The notes under the pieces are model-generated. The model saw only the letters and a program-made list of their open reading frames with translations. It was not told the DNA's origin and did not search any database. Of a stretch of 64,000 bases of DNA, positions 1-15,659 are shown one piece after another; positions within the stretch are counted from its first letter, which is position 1; the number at the start of each line of letters is the position of its first letter. The position numbers and the translations under genes were made by a program. Source of the stretch: Octopus vulgaris (lineage: Eukaryota); the NCBI GenBank assembly GCA_951406725.2, contig OX597832.1, positions 42,036,001 to 42,100,000 on the forward strand. The letters run 5' to 3'.

Positions 1-1244
1 ATGAGAGAGGTTAGTGAGAGATTAATCTCATTTCACACTGTCACTGTTAATACATGACCCCCACCACCCCCATTGAAGAAGATTAACATCAGAGTAACTA
101 TGATGATGATGATAATAAAGTTCCAGGACCCATTGTGATGACACGTTATTGCAGCTAGCAAATTCTAAGATTGATGGATGTCTCATCGTCCAGAAGTCAT
201 TCAAGAAGGAACTGAAAGTTAGAATCTAAGGGAGATAATCCTTAAATGTTTAAAAAATATATTTTCAATAGGCAAGATTATATCTGTTAAATTTCATTAA
301 TGAAATGAAAATAATAATAATAATAATAAACAACAACAAATATTATTGCATTTGATATTATGCAATCAACGTTGCAAAAAAAAACAAAAAAACGCAAGGA
401 GAAAGTGGACAATTAGTGAATATAGAAGTAATTTAGAGAAAATATGGTTGAAATAAGTTGCTTTGATGACTGTCTCGTTTATTGTATAATAAATAATTTT
501 ATTTATAAGCTTAGACTACCAAGTAGCTAACATAACTGATCTCTCTACAAAGACAGCTGTATTTATGTTCCCTCTGCCCCCTCTACACGGGGGAGGTGTG
601 ATGGCAGAAAAGAGGGGCAGATTTTCTTCAGAATTAAATTTTTCTTTCTACAACTCCCAGTAATGTTTTAGACGCTAGATATGAGGAAATGTACCTAAGC
701 AAAACCATAAAAGCACCACACAAAATTCCAAATCAGAGAAATAGAGAGAGCGGGTGGATTAGAATAAACACTATTAGGATTATCCTCACCTTCCTCAAAA
801 TGATGAAAATATTGGTAGTTTAATCACAGTTTGGAAACAGTAGGATTCTTGCTTAGTTTGGTGTTTGGCTCTTATCTTTATACAACAGCTAAATTAAGTA
901 TTACGCACACATCATTGTGTATGAACGTGTATGAGGATATGCATACATGTTTATATATATGATGTTATATATGTGTATGCATGTGTGTGTATATATATAT
1001 ATATATATTTCTTTGAAAAAAAAAAAAAAAAGAGGAATAGAAATGTCTTTTCTGATAGTTTTCACTTTAATAATTAGATGTTTATAAATTATTAATTAGG
1101 TCTTTTCAAATGGTTATAAACAGCTAATAATTTATAAACATCTAATTATTGAAGTAGAAAAATTATCAGAAAAACCATTTCTATTTATTTATTTATTTTT
1201 TTCAAATATATAAAACTATAACAAGGACCTTCTATTTCTTATTC

Positions 1245-1281
<37 letters not shown>

Positions 1282-3022
1282 CATATATATAAACACACAC
1301 ACACACAGCTTATGGAAAACATCTTTCATCTCCCATCCAACTCAATGACATTTATCAAGAGGAATAAATTTACTTAGCGCTCTCAGCATATTATTATTAT
1401 TATTATTATTATCACTAGGGTCATCTGTAATACAAATGAACTAACAGTCAACTGCGAATTGAAACTAGTTCATGTTGGTGGTGATTCATTGACTGTTTAT
1501 CCCCTGCCGTTCTTTGCACCATAATATGTCACAACAATAAAAAAACAAAACAAAACAAAAACAAGATAGGTAGCACAAGGCCATAAATTTGAGGGAGGAG
1601 TAGAGTTGGGAGATGTAAGGACCCCAGTATTTGACTGGTATTTTATTTTGTTGACAACTGAAAGTAAAGACTTTAGAAAGTAAGAAGATCGTTTCTTACA
1701 GAGAGGGACAAGGCCAAATATTTTTGGAATGAAGATAGGTGGTGGGATTGGGGGTGGTTTGGCAGGGGGTGAGTTGGTTTCGGTTGACCCAGAAGGACGA
1801 ATGGTAAAGTTAACTTCAAGTGGGATTAGAAGAATGTATTAAGAATAAAAAAAAAGAAAAGAAAAAGATGTTTGAAATATGGCACAAAACTAATATAAAT
1901 TGTAGAATATTATTTAATATAAATAAATAAAAATAAGGAGAGAAAGGAAACAGTATATTTGGTAATAATAATAATAATAATAATACATTTTGGGAGATGG
2001 GGTGGGAATCATGTGAACATTGTATGGTGTTTGACTGTGGGCAAATAGCCGTGTGGTCACAGTGGGGTGAAGAGGAGGATGAAACAGAAAATGAAGCAAA
2101 AATAAGTTCAAATGAAGAATTAAAAAAAATATAAACACAAAAAAAAACAAAACATAAATAAAATTGGAGAAAGAAGAATTTAGCACCAAAAAATTCATTT
2201 TGTTGGTGGATTTAGGGGAAATTTGGTTCCTGAAATTATTACCTTAGAATGTGGTGGTGGAGGAATTTTTTTATTATTTTTTTATCAGTGTAAGTGAAAT
2301 AACATCAACAATGGAAAATTGGGCCAATGAAAAAGTTTGCTTTTACATTGTCACAATCTGCTAAAAATAGCAGCCAAATCTCCTCCACAATACACTCCCC
2401 AATGTCTTAAAAATGGAAAAAAATTATGTAATATAGTGCTGGATATACAAAAAGAGTGAATAATCATTGCCTGAAGTACTTTTAATCATGTGTGTCCCCG
2501 TGTGTGTTTGTGTGCATGTGTACGCACTCAGCTTTCATCCTATACTTTGTAGCTTTGAGTCATGCTTGATGCTCAGGTCTCGTATATTGCAAGCATCAAT
2601 TACATCCTACACAATCACTGAAACAACTCAAACCTAGCTCCATAGTCTAGCGAGGAGAATATCGAACAAAATTATATTAAATATGGCACCGATTTAAAAC
2701 CAGAAACGGGGAAAATACTTTAGATACACAAACATGGTACCTGACCACTGGTGCAAAGCCTATCTGTCTTTTAAAAGCTGTACTACATATGAGTATCATA
2801 ATCTATGCAGCTATAGGCACAAGGCCCGAAATTTTGAGGGAAGGGGCCAGTCACTTCTATTGGGTCCCAGTGTTTAACTGTTACTTACTACATTGACCCC
2901 CTAAAAGGACAAAAGGTAAAGTTGACCTCAGTGGATTTTGAACTCAGAATGTAAAGGCTTATAGTTTGTAGACATCAGCATATAAGAAAGAGATCGGCAT
3001 GTGGCCAACACAGCAGATAACG

Positions 3023-3458
3023 GAGATATCAACATATGGCCCATATTACCTGTGTATACTGGTATAAAATCCAGATATCAACATGTAGCTAATATATCAG
3101 TATATAACTGAGATATCAACATGTGGCCAATATATCAGTATATAACCTAGATATCAACATGTGGCCAATAAATCAGTATATAGCTGAGATATCAACATGT
3201 GGCCAATAAATCAGTATATAACAGATATCAACATGTGGCCAATAAATCAGTATATAACCGAGATATCAACATGTGGCCAATAAATCAGTATATAACCGAG
3301 ATATCAACATGTGGCCAATAAATCAGTATATAGCTGAGATATCAACATGTGGCCAATAAATCAGTATATAACAGATATCAACATGTGGCCAATAAATCAG
3401 TATATAACCGAGATATCAACATGTGGCCAATAAATCAGTATATAACCGAGATATCAAC
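3023..3458. repeat. 38-bp minisatellite (agatatcaacatgtggccaataaatcagtatataaccg), about 11 units
   Basis: Units start at 3073, 3111, 3149, 3187, 3223, 3261, 3299, 3337, 3373, 3411; no unique spacers. Confidence 0.95.
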
Positions 3459-3625
3459 TGCTATTGATATTATTGTAGGTGTCACCACAGCTGTTGTCTT
3501 GTATAACTGAATGTGGAGTTACATATGATGTAGCATGACCCCCACTACCTACAGACTATCCTATGTTTGAACAAGAGAAAGAGAGAAGGAAATACAGATA
3601 ATACTGCGACTCATCTAAAGCCAAT

Positions 3626-3680
<55 letters not shown>

Positions 3681-5043
3681 AAGGAGTGAAAGAGATAAAT
3701 TTATTGACATATTTTCATCATCAATCATCGTTTTATCATTGGACATATTTGTTTCTGTGCTGGAGTGTGAGGAAACAAAGACAGGGTGTTCATAATTCAC
3801 AGAACCTGTCTGGGCTTGGCCATAGGTCAAGCAGATGGTTAGTAGCCATGGTCAAAGCGTACAGTACAATCGTACAATTGGTGACAAGCAAAATTAGTTG
3901 GTCAAGAGGAGAGCTTTCAATGAAACAGCACTAGACCTTAATTCAAATAAACAACATACAAAACTAACGTGTGTATATCTATAGAGAAAACATACTTTTA
4001 CATGTACACACACACACACACACACACATATGCATACAAGAAAAAATGTTTATAGGTGAGTGAATGCAAGACTGTGAGGAAGGAGAGGTGGAGAGAGAGA
4101 GAAGGAGCAACCTGGTTTTCATTCCTCTCTCTAGTTTTACATTATTCAAATCAGTTCAGTTAAGAATGTATAAAGAACAAAGACAACTAAAGGGGACAGT
4201 TTTGTGCCTTTACAAAATCAGAGAGTGGTTGTACTGAAAGGGAACTCAGTTAACCACATCATTACTTTTTTTATTTTTATAAGAAAAAACAGAAAAAAAA
4301 GAAAGAAATCTTGTCTTCACACACACACATTCATATACACACCTATGCAATCATCAATACTATTATCTGCTTTCTCTCTCTTCTACAAAATAACTGAAAT
4401 CAGGTATTTTTCATTTATAAATTAAAAGTTTAATTATAACAAAGATTAAAAATTAAAAGAACAAGAAAATTTAAAAAAAGGAGAGGAGAGTAAAGAGTGC
4501 AATAATTGGGATGTCCTACTTGGAATTTGGGTTACTTGATAAAGGGACAAAGGTGTCTGTTCTCCTGTGTAACTAGAATCTAAAACCTGCCAGGGTATTT
4601 TTTGGCAAGTTGAAGAGGATTGAAAGACCAAACAGAATTTTTTGGTCTTGTTCATGTGGTAAATCATTCTCTCAAAAGTGATAATCTCTCATTAAAAAAA
4701 GGAGTCAGAGGTTATTTAATTTCTGCCAGCCTCTAAAATAAAATCATCAGAAAGTGGCAGAAAGGTAACCCAAGATAACATGAGAGAGAGAAAAGGAGAT
4801 AGAGAGAGGTATAATAGAAGTAGCTATACAGCCGTGCAATAACAGCAGCAGCCACAGCTACACAGGGCCGTCTGCAAAGAGTGCAGCAACATATTGAAAC
4901 AGCTCCCTTATGAAGCGAAGAAGCGGGGGTAGAGATCTGCATTCTTAGACAATGGAACTTTAAGAGAACGGCAGGTGAGAGTCTTATGTTTGATGGCCGT
5001 TCCACAGTTACTGTACATCCTAATGAAGATTGCTGCCAGTAGC

Positions 5044-5091
<48 letters not shown>

Positions 5092-6328
5092 TGTGAGTAT
5101 ATAGAAACGGAAGGGTTTATATGGCTGCAGAGAGGACAGCAAAACATGCCTGGCTCATTGTATCTATCTACCTACCAATATATAATATTTGGCGCTGAAA
5201 TCACCCAAAAGTTAAAATTACTCAGAAGCATCAAATTATATATTGTATATATGTATATATATATATTGTATGTTATATATTGTATATATGTATATATATG
5301 TATATATATATATTGTATGTTATATATTGTATATATGTATGTTGTAATGGTTCTCGTTTTCTTAAATAAATAAATAAGTCAACATTCTAATATCCTAAAG
5401 CTGATGAACCAACTAAATTATTTTTCCATTTTCTTATTTGTAATATAAATCAATGCTAAAATATTTACTTTCCCCCATTTAATACAATAAGTAAGTTAAT
5501 TGCATTGCAATTAAAAACACTTGTGCATTAATAATTTGGGTATTATACCAACAGTATATTGGATAAGTATTATCCCTTAGTGGGTTGGATCCACAAGCCC
5601 TAACTTACTCTGTGTTATATATATATATATAACACTTACAAAAGAGTTTTATATTGAACACACAGAAAATAGTATGCATGAAACTGGACATCTGTGATTA
5701 AATTTTGAAGCATTCTCAGTTCACTCTCTCTCTGTACACGCATGCACACACATACACACACTCTCAGAGAAGATGTGTTGTTTTATGGTTCTACATGTAT
5801 ATATATTGAGGATAGTAGAGATCCAGGTTTGAGATCACGGCAATGAGTTAATGGTATGGTTAGTAAACACACAGTACTTGGTTATATTTTTTTATAATGT
5901 TAGTAAGAATTTGAAAGTATTTTCCATTTTATACACATACACTTGTGTGTGTATGTGTATGTGTGAATTATGGTTAGTAAGTACAATGAAGAGAAAAACT
6001 CAATACAAAGGATATCATATGGGCATATTCCACTAATTCCTACTATAGTTGTCAAAAGCTGGCCAATAATGTTGTGCAGAAAAGGTCATATCAGATGTGA
6101 TATTTTAGAGACTTCCACACCCTAATAGGGAAAGAAGGATCACTAAATTTTACACAAAACATGAAATTGAGGACCCACCAAAGCAAATGGAGGACAGAAA
6201 CATCTCGCACAGGATGGCAAAAGACATCTCAGTTGAAGATGGATACTTGCACATTATATATATATATACACACGCACATATAAAAATGTATATATACATA
6301 CACACATACAAGGTAATTCAAAATAAAT

Positions 6329-6552
6329 GGTACAAAAATAAAATATACCTGTCAGTACTGCAATGAGTAAATAGCTAAAATACGAATGTAACCTGAAAGG
6401 TTAACTCTCCCAGTTGGCAAAGGGCACCCACGCTGGACATCAGTGACTGTCGGTAGAAAGTTGAAGAGTTAACCTTTCATGTTACAGCTGTATTTTTGCA
6501 ATATATTCCTTACTATACACTCACAGATACATTTTCATTTTGTACCACCCTG
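6329..6552. mobile_element. Foldback MITE, probably Tc1/mariner-derived
   Basis: Nested inverted arms ggtacaaaa/ttttgtacc and tgtaacctgaaaggttaactct (6387-6408)/agagttaacctttcatgttaca (6465-6486); right end ...accaccctg. Confidence 0.6.
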
Positions 6553-9462
6553 CATGCATGTGTGTGTGTATGTACATGCACACACACACACACACACACT
6601 TAACTATCCCATAGTTTTCAAGTCTAGAAATACACTAATTTACGACCCCAAATTCCATGCTGAGAGCACTAATTAGTTACCTACAGACAGCTCCAACAAG
6701 TAAGTTGGATTCAATTTCATACACACAAAATTATATAGGGCCTTATAGAATTCATCTGTGACAGGTTCCCCTTAAGGATCAACTAAATACAAACACCACC
6801 ACCATCACAGCTGTTGATACTGAAGTTTAAACAAAGAATAAATTGCAAATAAAAACAAAAACAAACAACAAAATACCAACCTTCCTGCTGGTCTAAAAGT
6901 TATTCCAATCCATTAATATCATATGAACAAATACATGGAAACAACACCACCACAGTTGATAGTTTACAAGATACACCTTTTCTTACCCCCCAAAAGAATG
7001 TCTATTTAAAAAAAACAAAAAAAAAAAAAAAACCTCTTGGTCCTAAACATGAAGTTGGGCCTATTGATATAATGCACTAAAAACCTTTTTTTTTTTTTTT
7101 TTTTTTACCTGATAATCAGGATGCATCTAACGTACCTGTGTGTCTTTTACACCATCAAACAGGGTAGTTGCTATTTTTTTTTTTTTTTTTGGACATTATC
7201 CACAATAACCATACTTGTTTCTAATACAGGCACAAAGCCGAAATTTGAAGCGGGAGGAGTAATTGATTACATTGACCCCACCCCCATTCCACTGAGGGAT
7301 AAAATGTAAAATTAACCATGGCAGGGTTTAGACTCATAAAGAGCCACAAACAAATGTTGCAAAACATTTTTTTTTCCCCAACCCTAAATTCTTTAAAAGT
7401 TTTGCCACAAACCACCACTTTGAAATAATTGCTTCTGATTTAGGTAAAGAGGCCAAAAGTTTTGAGGGGAGGGGTTAGTTGATAACATCAACCCCAGTAC
7501 TCGACTGGTATCTTATGATTTAGCACCTTGTAAGGGTGAAAAAAAAAAAAAAAAAAGCTGACCTCAGTCAGGTTTGAATGCAGACCATAAGATCCACAAC
7601 AAATGCCTTTGGGGCATTTTGTCCAATGTTTTAACGATTCACTCAATTCACCATAAATAATAATAATAAAAATAATAATAATGATGATGGTTTGAAATTT
7701 TGGCACATGGCCAGCAATTTCAGGGGATGGGGTCAGTCAATTACATCAACCCTGAAAGGGATGAAAGGCAAAGTTGACCTCGGCAGAATTTGAACTCAGA
7801 ATGTAAAGACAGATGAGATGCTTGCTAAGCGTTTTTACCCAACATGCTAACGATTCTGCCAGTTTGCTGCCTTGATAATTTTTTTTTTTCAAATTTTGGC
7901 ACAAAGCCAGTAATTTTATGGCGAAGGGGAACAGTCGGTTACATCAATTCCAGTGCTTGACTGGTCCTTCAATTTATCAACCTTGAAAGGATGAAAGGCA
8001 AAATTGATTCCAGCAGAGTTTGAACTCAGAATCTAATGAGTTGGAAGAAATGATGCAAAGCACTTTGGCCAGCATTGCTAATGATTCTACCAGCTCATCT
8101 AATAATAATCCTTTCTACTATAGGCACAAGGCCAGCAATTTCGGGGGCGGGGTAAGTCATACATTGAACCCCAGTGCTCAGCTGTTACTTATTTTTTATC
8201 AGTCCCACAAGGATGAAAGGCAAAGTCGACCTCAGTGGAATTTGAACTCAGAACGTGAAGACAGACGTGCATTATCAAACTGTTTGGATTTCATTTCTTG
8301 GGCATTGCCCATGGTGAGATTTTGGTGTGGAAGAAATGATGAATTCACTTCCTGATGAAGGATGTTATAACATCTGACATAAATGAAAATGAAGATACAG
8401 GGAACGGTTACAGAGTGCAACAGGGTCGGGATAGGGAACAGATTTGGCGCTTATTTCTATGGCACTGAGTGGAAGAAGAGTAAACCTGATCCTGGATAGC
8501 ACACCATTTCCTAGGGCTTACGCTACCCTCTGATCTACTGCCTGTACATAACATCTCGTGTATGCACAATAACATAATAAAATTATTCTGCTGTAGTTTG
8601 AACTCAAAACCCCTAGCTAGGAGGCTGGCTGGCCGTCTCATGCCACACTATAACCTCTCAGTCACTTCTACAATTCACTGCTACCCTTCCTTAATTACTC
8701 TGCTGCCTTTAAGTAAAAGTAACAAATCACCCATCACTGTCACTAGGATTTAACAAGGAGGTCACTACATGGTTGCTTGCTAGAAACAACAACTAAAACC
8801 CTAAAAATCTCAACTGCCTTAAAAAAAAAAGGAGAGGAGGGATCTTGGATAATGTAGCCTTAGTTACACTATATCTTATAAACAATGGCAATGATCAAGG
8901 TTTAAATATCTCTGATCATTGCAGGTCGGCTCAATCAAGGTTGAGCTGGGGGTTAAACTAACAAGGACTTGGATCAGTATACTTATGTTTTTTGTTAAAT
9001 GGTTTCAGTCAGTAGAGACTGGTCATGCTGGAGTACTATTTTCAGGGGCTTTAGTCATACTGATTCCAGTATTTTTGTCAGAGACTTATTCCATCAATCT
9101 CATACGATATGGAATTGTTAAGAAGACAAATCAGGTCAGCTAAAAAAAACACCTCGGGGCATTTCTGTTCAAACGTACCGATTTTGTTCTCCCCACACTC
9201 ATAAAAAACACACACACATAGAAGCACGCACATGCACACATCTAGACGTAACATATTTTATATACACCAAAGACATACGTACAGTGAACCCAGAGGTACC
9301 ACATTGTTGCAATCCAAATTCCTCAACCACACAGCTATGTCTACGCAAGCTGTCACACAACAACTTCTCCTACTCTTTCGCCATTTCAACAATGTTCCTC
9401 TGATTAGAAACTGTTTTTTTTTCTTTCTCTTTTCTTTTCTTTTTTTCTTCTTTTTTTTTTAG

Positions 9463-9501
9463 AGTAGAGACAAGAACTTTTCAGACTTTATGGGAAATAA
9501 G
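9463..9501 (+). CDS. Putative 39-nt phase 0-0 micro-exon of an unidentified plus-strand gene (SRDKNFSDFMGNK)
   Basis: A ~50-nt pyrimidine tract ends in AG at 9461-9462; weak donor AAG|gtttgg; open in frame with the 10701 candidate exon. No homology recognised. Confidence 0.3.
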
Positions 9502-10700
9502 GTTTGGGAAGAGAGGTCAGATATCTGAAGTTGTGACCTTTTAAGCTTTTCCCCAACAAGCGTCAACGACATTTGTACAAAATAGTTGAGCCTGGGGATT
9601 GAAACCAGGGTCACAGAATTGATTTGCTTAGAATTATACCACAATGCCTGCTTTGATGATATTTTTTATTAGGCTCAAGGCCATTGTTATTATTATTGTT
9701 GTTGTTGTTGTTGTAATTTGTAGAGGATAGGTATGGTTGGTTGAATCAACTCAAAAATATGGTCACATGTTTTTTTGTTTTTTTTATTAACCTCAGAGGC
9801 ATGAAAAGCAACATTCCATTGCGGGTAGGATTTGAACTCGGGACTAAAAGGTCCAAATCCTAATGCCACACAGCATTAAGTTTAGCTCACTACCATCTTG
9901 GCTATCACTGATGTTGCCTGAATAATAAGGATCATTCTTCGACAAGATAGAAAGCTGATTATACTGAACTCAGTACTTCACAAGTACTCTATATTATCAA
10001 CCTCCACAAGGTTTGAAAAGCTAAGCTGAGCTTGGCAGGTTTTGGACTCAGAGCGCATAAAAGATCGTAACACAAGGTACCTTTGTCCAACACTCCAATA
10101 ATCTGGTCAATCCACTGTTGTTGTTCTCCTTCTTACAGTAATAATAATAATCCTTTCTACTCAAGGCACAAGGCCTGAAGTTTTGGGACGGGGCACTAGT
10201 CAACTACATCGACCCCAATATGCAACTGGTACTTATTTTATTGACCCCCCAAAAGAATAAAAGGAAGAGTCAACCATGGCGGAATTTGAACTCAGAACGT
10301 AGCGACAGATGAAATACTGCCAAGCATTTTGCCTGGCATGCTAACAATTCTGCTAGCTCACCACTTTATCCTTTCTATTATAGGCACAAGGCCAGAAATT
10401 TTGGGGGGAAGGGGAGCTAGCCCATTACATCAACCCCAGTGCTTGACTGGTAATTTACTTTATCAACCCCGAAAGGGGTGAAAGGTAAATTTTTACCTTA
10501 GTGGAATTTGAACACAGAACACAAAACTGGAAAAAAATGCCACCAAGCACTTTATCCAACACCCTAACAATTCTGCCAGCTCGCTGCAATAATAGTAATA
10601 ATAATTTTTGCATAAGTATGTCAAAACCTTAGTGTTACAGAGAAGAGGTGGAGAAAAGACCCATTTCATTCTGTCTTTTTCTCTAATGGTATGGCAACAG

Positions 10701-10727
10701 ATCAATGAGGGCCTGAACCAAACCTGA
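10701..10727 (+). CDS. Putative terminal coding exon portion (INEGLNQT*) of a convergent plus-strand gene, 3'UTR to about 11550
   Basis: Pyrimidine tract, ctaat branch-like motif and caacag| acceptor at 10700. Unique non-repeat sequence follows, ending in AATAAA signals. Confidence 0.3.
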   Translation: MNEGLNQT

Positions 10728-11295
10728 TGCAACAGGAGGAAGTTTGCAGTCAGCGGATTTCCGATGGGGAAGCAGTTTTGAGACAACCCAACAGCCAACG
10801 TGAAGAAGAAGAAAGGGTCTGGCCTGTAAGCGATGTTTTTAAAGGGTGAAGGAACCTTTGGGAAACTCTGAAAGTCCATATCCGGAGTGGAAGAGGATCT
10901 CTCCATCCTTATAATGTGCTGGCAGATGAGACAGGCAAGTTACATACACACAGAGGAAGCTAAGAGTGTGGCAGGTTGGATGCATGAAAAGTTGAACAAG
11001 CACTACCACTAAGACACACTCCAATACACACACACACTCATTCAGTCATCTACAAAGAAATCGAAGACTTATGTAATCAATAATGGTCTTGCCAGTCCAA
11101 TCAGAGAGGAGGAGGAGAAGGAGAAAATGATGATGATGATGGTGATGGTGACATTGATGATGATGATGAGCTTGGCAAGTAATTGCTTTTATTCTTTTTT
11201 TTTATTATTTATATTATAAAGTGTTTTTTTTTACATTAAATTAAATGTAATTCTAACTTGTGAGCAAACTTAAATAAAATTTTTTAAAAAAATAA

Positions 11296-11575
11296 TAATA
11301 AAATAAAAAGCACAGTACATGAGGCTGCTAACGAGAACCAAAGAGGCTCCGTTTTCCCTCTCAACATCTCAAGGTGGAATATCTATAATAGCCAAACAAA
11401 GTTTAAGCCAACGCTACCATCACTACCAAAACAGTCATCACTGTCCCACACAGAGATGGAGGGCAAGGCAGGGGTGGAAACACCTTTTTTTTTTGTTTTT
11501 GTTTTTTTTTTCAATATTTGATTAGGAAAATAAAATATAACCTTTGATACAGTGTTGTTGTTGTTGTTATTATTT
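11296..11575 (+). terminator. Putative plus-strand polyadenylation region
   Basis: AATAAA cluster near 11296-11306, and AATAAA at 11529-11534 followed about 18 nt later by a GU-rich element (gtgttgttgttgttg). Confidence 0.35.
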
Positions 11576-12958
11576 CTACTGTTTAATTTTTACGGCTTGT
11601 TCTCTTTCTCTCTTTCTAATGAAATCTTTGAATTTCAGCAAGAACTTTCACTCAACCATGACAAACACCACCACCATCATCATCATCATCATCATCATGT
11701 CCCCTTACCCATCCAGGCTTTTAATTATTATTATTATATATATATATATATTTTTTTTTTCCCTAAGTGATTACTTTGTTGTTATTGAAAAAAATGTCCT
11801 CATACACACACACACACACACGCATGCACACACACATACATTCATAATTCACAGCAGGTGAGGTGAAAGGAGAAAAAAAAAAAAAAAAGGAAGAATGGGG
11901 TTGAGATATGAGATGAGATCACGAAATGCTGAAAGCAATGTGAAAGGACCCAGAATGGGTGGGAATAATGGGTGGAAGCAAGGTGTTTACAGATTTTTGC
12001 CTTCTGGAGATTTTTGAGGAAAAAAAAAAAAAAAAAAAAAAATAAATGAAAACAAGGAATGTTCCATAGGTGGAATCTAAATGAAAATTCAGAAAAAAAA
12101 AAAAAAAAAATCCAGAAGCCCAAAAATGCCACCCCAAGAGGAGTTTGGGTGATGATGTTTTGTGGGTGGAAAGACCAAGTAAAGGTTTCCACGAGAAATG
12201 GAGGCCAGTTAAAAAAAAAAAAAAAAAAGACTTTAAAAGAAAGCTAAAAATTATAATTTCTATTATAAGAGGATGGGGGTGGGGAGATAAACACTGATTA
12301 AACTGACATCAATACCTGACAGGTACTTTAACTCTACCAGCCCTGGCAAGACTTGAACTTACTGCAAGGGATTTTGGCTCATACCTTACTGATTCTATCA
12401 TCCACCATTCTTAATCATAATAATAATACATGCAATTTCTTCTGCGGGCGCACAAGGCCAGAAATTTTGCGGAGGTGGTGGTGCATTGGGTGATTATGTT
12501 GACATCCTCCCTCTCTTCTACACACACACACGCACCTCCTGTACTCGATTGATACTTTGCTTCATCGACCCCCCACGCCAGAATGATGAAAAAGGGCAAG
12601 GCTGACCATGGCCAGAGATTTCAAAAAAAAAAAAAAAAAAACCCCCAAAAACCCCCACCAAGCTGTAAAAGGCTGCGACCAAATGCTGCAAAAAGCATTT
12701 CGTCTGACACTCAAAACGGTTGGTTCCGCCAGTAATGAGTCTGTAAACTTAGGCACAAGGTCATAGAGTTCTTTGAGGAGTAGGGAGGCGGCGGGAGGTG
12801 CAAACAGCTGATTTATTCAACCCCAGTAGATGGCTGGTACTTTTTTCTTATCAATCCTGTAAGACAGAGCCAGCAGACCTCAGTGCAACCTGATGGGTTG
12901 TAAATTAAATACCACAAGGTATTAATTAAGTCTGACACTCCACTGCCCTTAATAATAA

Positions 12959-13022
<64 letters not shown>

Positions 13023-13390
13023 TATAATATCGTGAAATAGAATTGGTGTGAACGATGGAAATGTAACACCTTGCTTGCTTTGAGCCCAAAATGGTTTAAT
13101 GTATACACACACACACACGCACACATGCCTGCACATTACACACACACGCACACACACACACGCACACACACACGCACTCGCACACACAAATCAAAATATG
13201 AATTTTCAACTCTCATTATGAAAGAATGTGTAAAAATGGGCAAACCATCCAGTGTAAGTTAATGTGACTGGACGTGTGGGTATATATATATTATTATGTG
13301 TACGTATTTGCGTGTGTGTGTATGAGTGTGTGTGCGTATACATACACTTAAACATGGTAAAAAGATATGTGTGTATGTATATATCATCAT

Positions 13391-13422
<32 letters not shown>

Positions 13423-13599
13423 GGGATGTGTGTGAATGCAGATGTTAGCATATATGCATATGCTTGAGTGTATATAAGTGTGCATTTTGCATAGATGTGT
13501 GTATGTGTGTGTGCATGTACAAGAGTGTATATGTATGCATGTGTATGTATGTATGTATATATATGTGTATATATATGTATATATATATGTATATATGTA

Positions 13600-13640
<41 letters not shown>

Positions 13641-13915
13641 ATATATATATATGCATACATGTGTGTGTGTGTGTGTGTATTTGTACACAGGTGTGTTCTA
13701 TGCAAGTGAGTGCACGCAGGCTTGAGTGCATACATGCGCAAGTATGGTGTGTGTGTGTGCATGAGTGTGTGTGTGTGCGTATGTGTGCATCCATACATAT
13801 GTCTCCGTTCCACGTCCAGGAGAGCTGCACGTCATGTCAGTGTGTAGTTGTGTGCGTGTTGATGGTCGGTGCATGTGTCTGTGTGCATGCGCATGTGTGC
13901 AGCCATACACCACTA

Positions 13916-15425
<1,510 letters not shown>

Positions 15426-15659
15426 TCAAGCTGCAACACATTCTTCAACACACACACACACACCATCATCATTTAATGTCCACTTTCCATGGTTTGATAG
15501 AAGCTGGCCAGCCGAAGGGTGGCCTGGATTCCATGTCTGTTTTGGCATAGTTTCTATGGTAGGATACCCTTCCTAATGCCAACCACTTTACAGAGTGTAC
15601 TGGGTGCTTTTATGCGGCACTGGCATGGGTTCACACACACACATTGATGATGTAGTCAT

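Noticed and set aside
3023-3458. CRISPR-like periodicity
   Set aside because: Contiguous tandem units without unique spacers, no cas genes, eukaryotic context.
4730-4975. Possible further plus-strand exons (4730-4764; donor at ~4974)
   Set aside because: Splice-like signals only, with no convincing frame or homology.
8336-8377. Box C/D snoRNA (ATGATGA...CTGA)
   Set aside because: Too short, no terminal stem, no recognisable rRNA antisense element.
10493-10906. 137-aa minus-strand ORF
   Set aside because: No recognisable homology; it runs into a SINE and an AAT repeat. The signals favour a plus-strand terminal exon instead.
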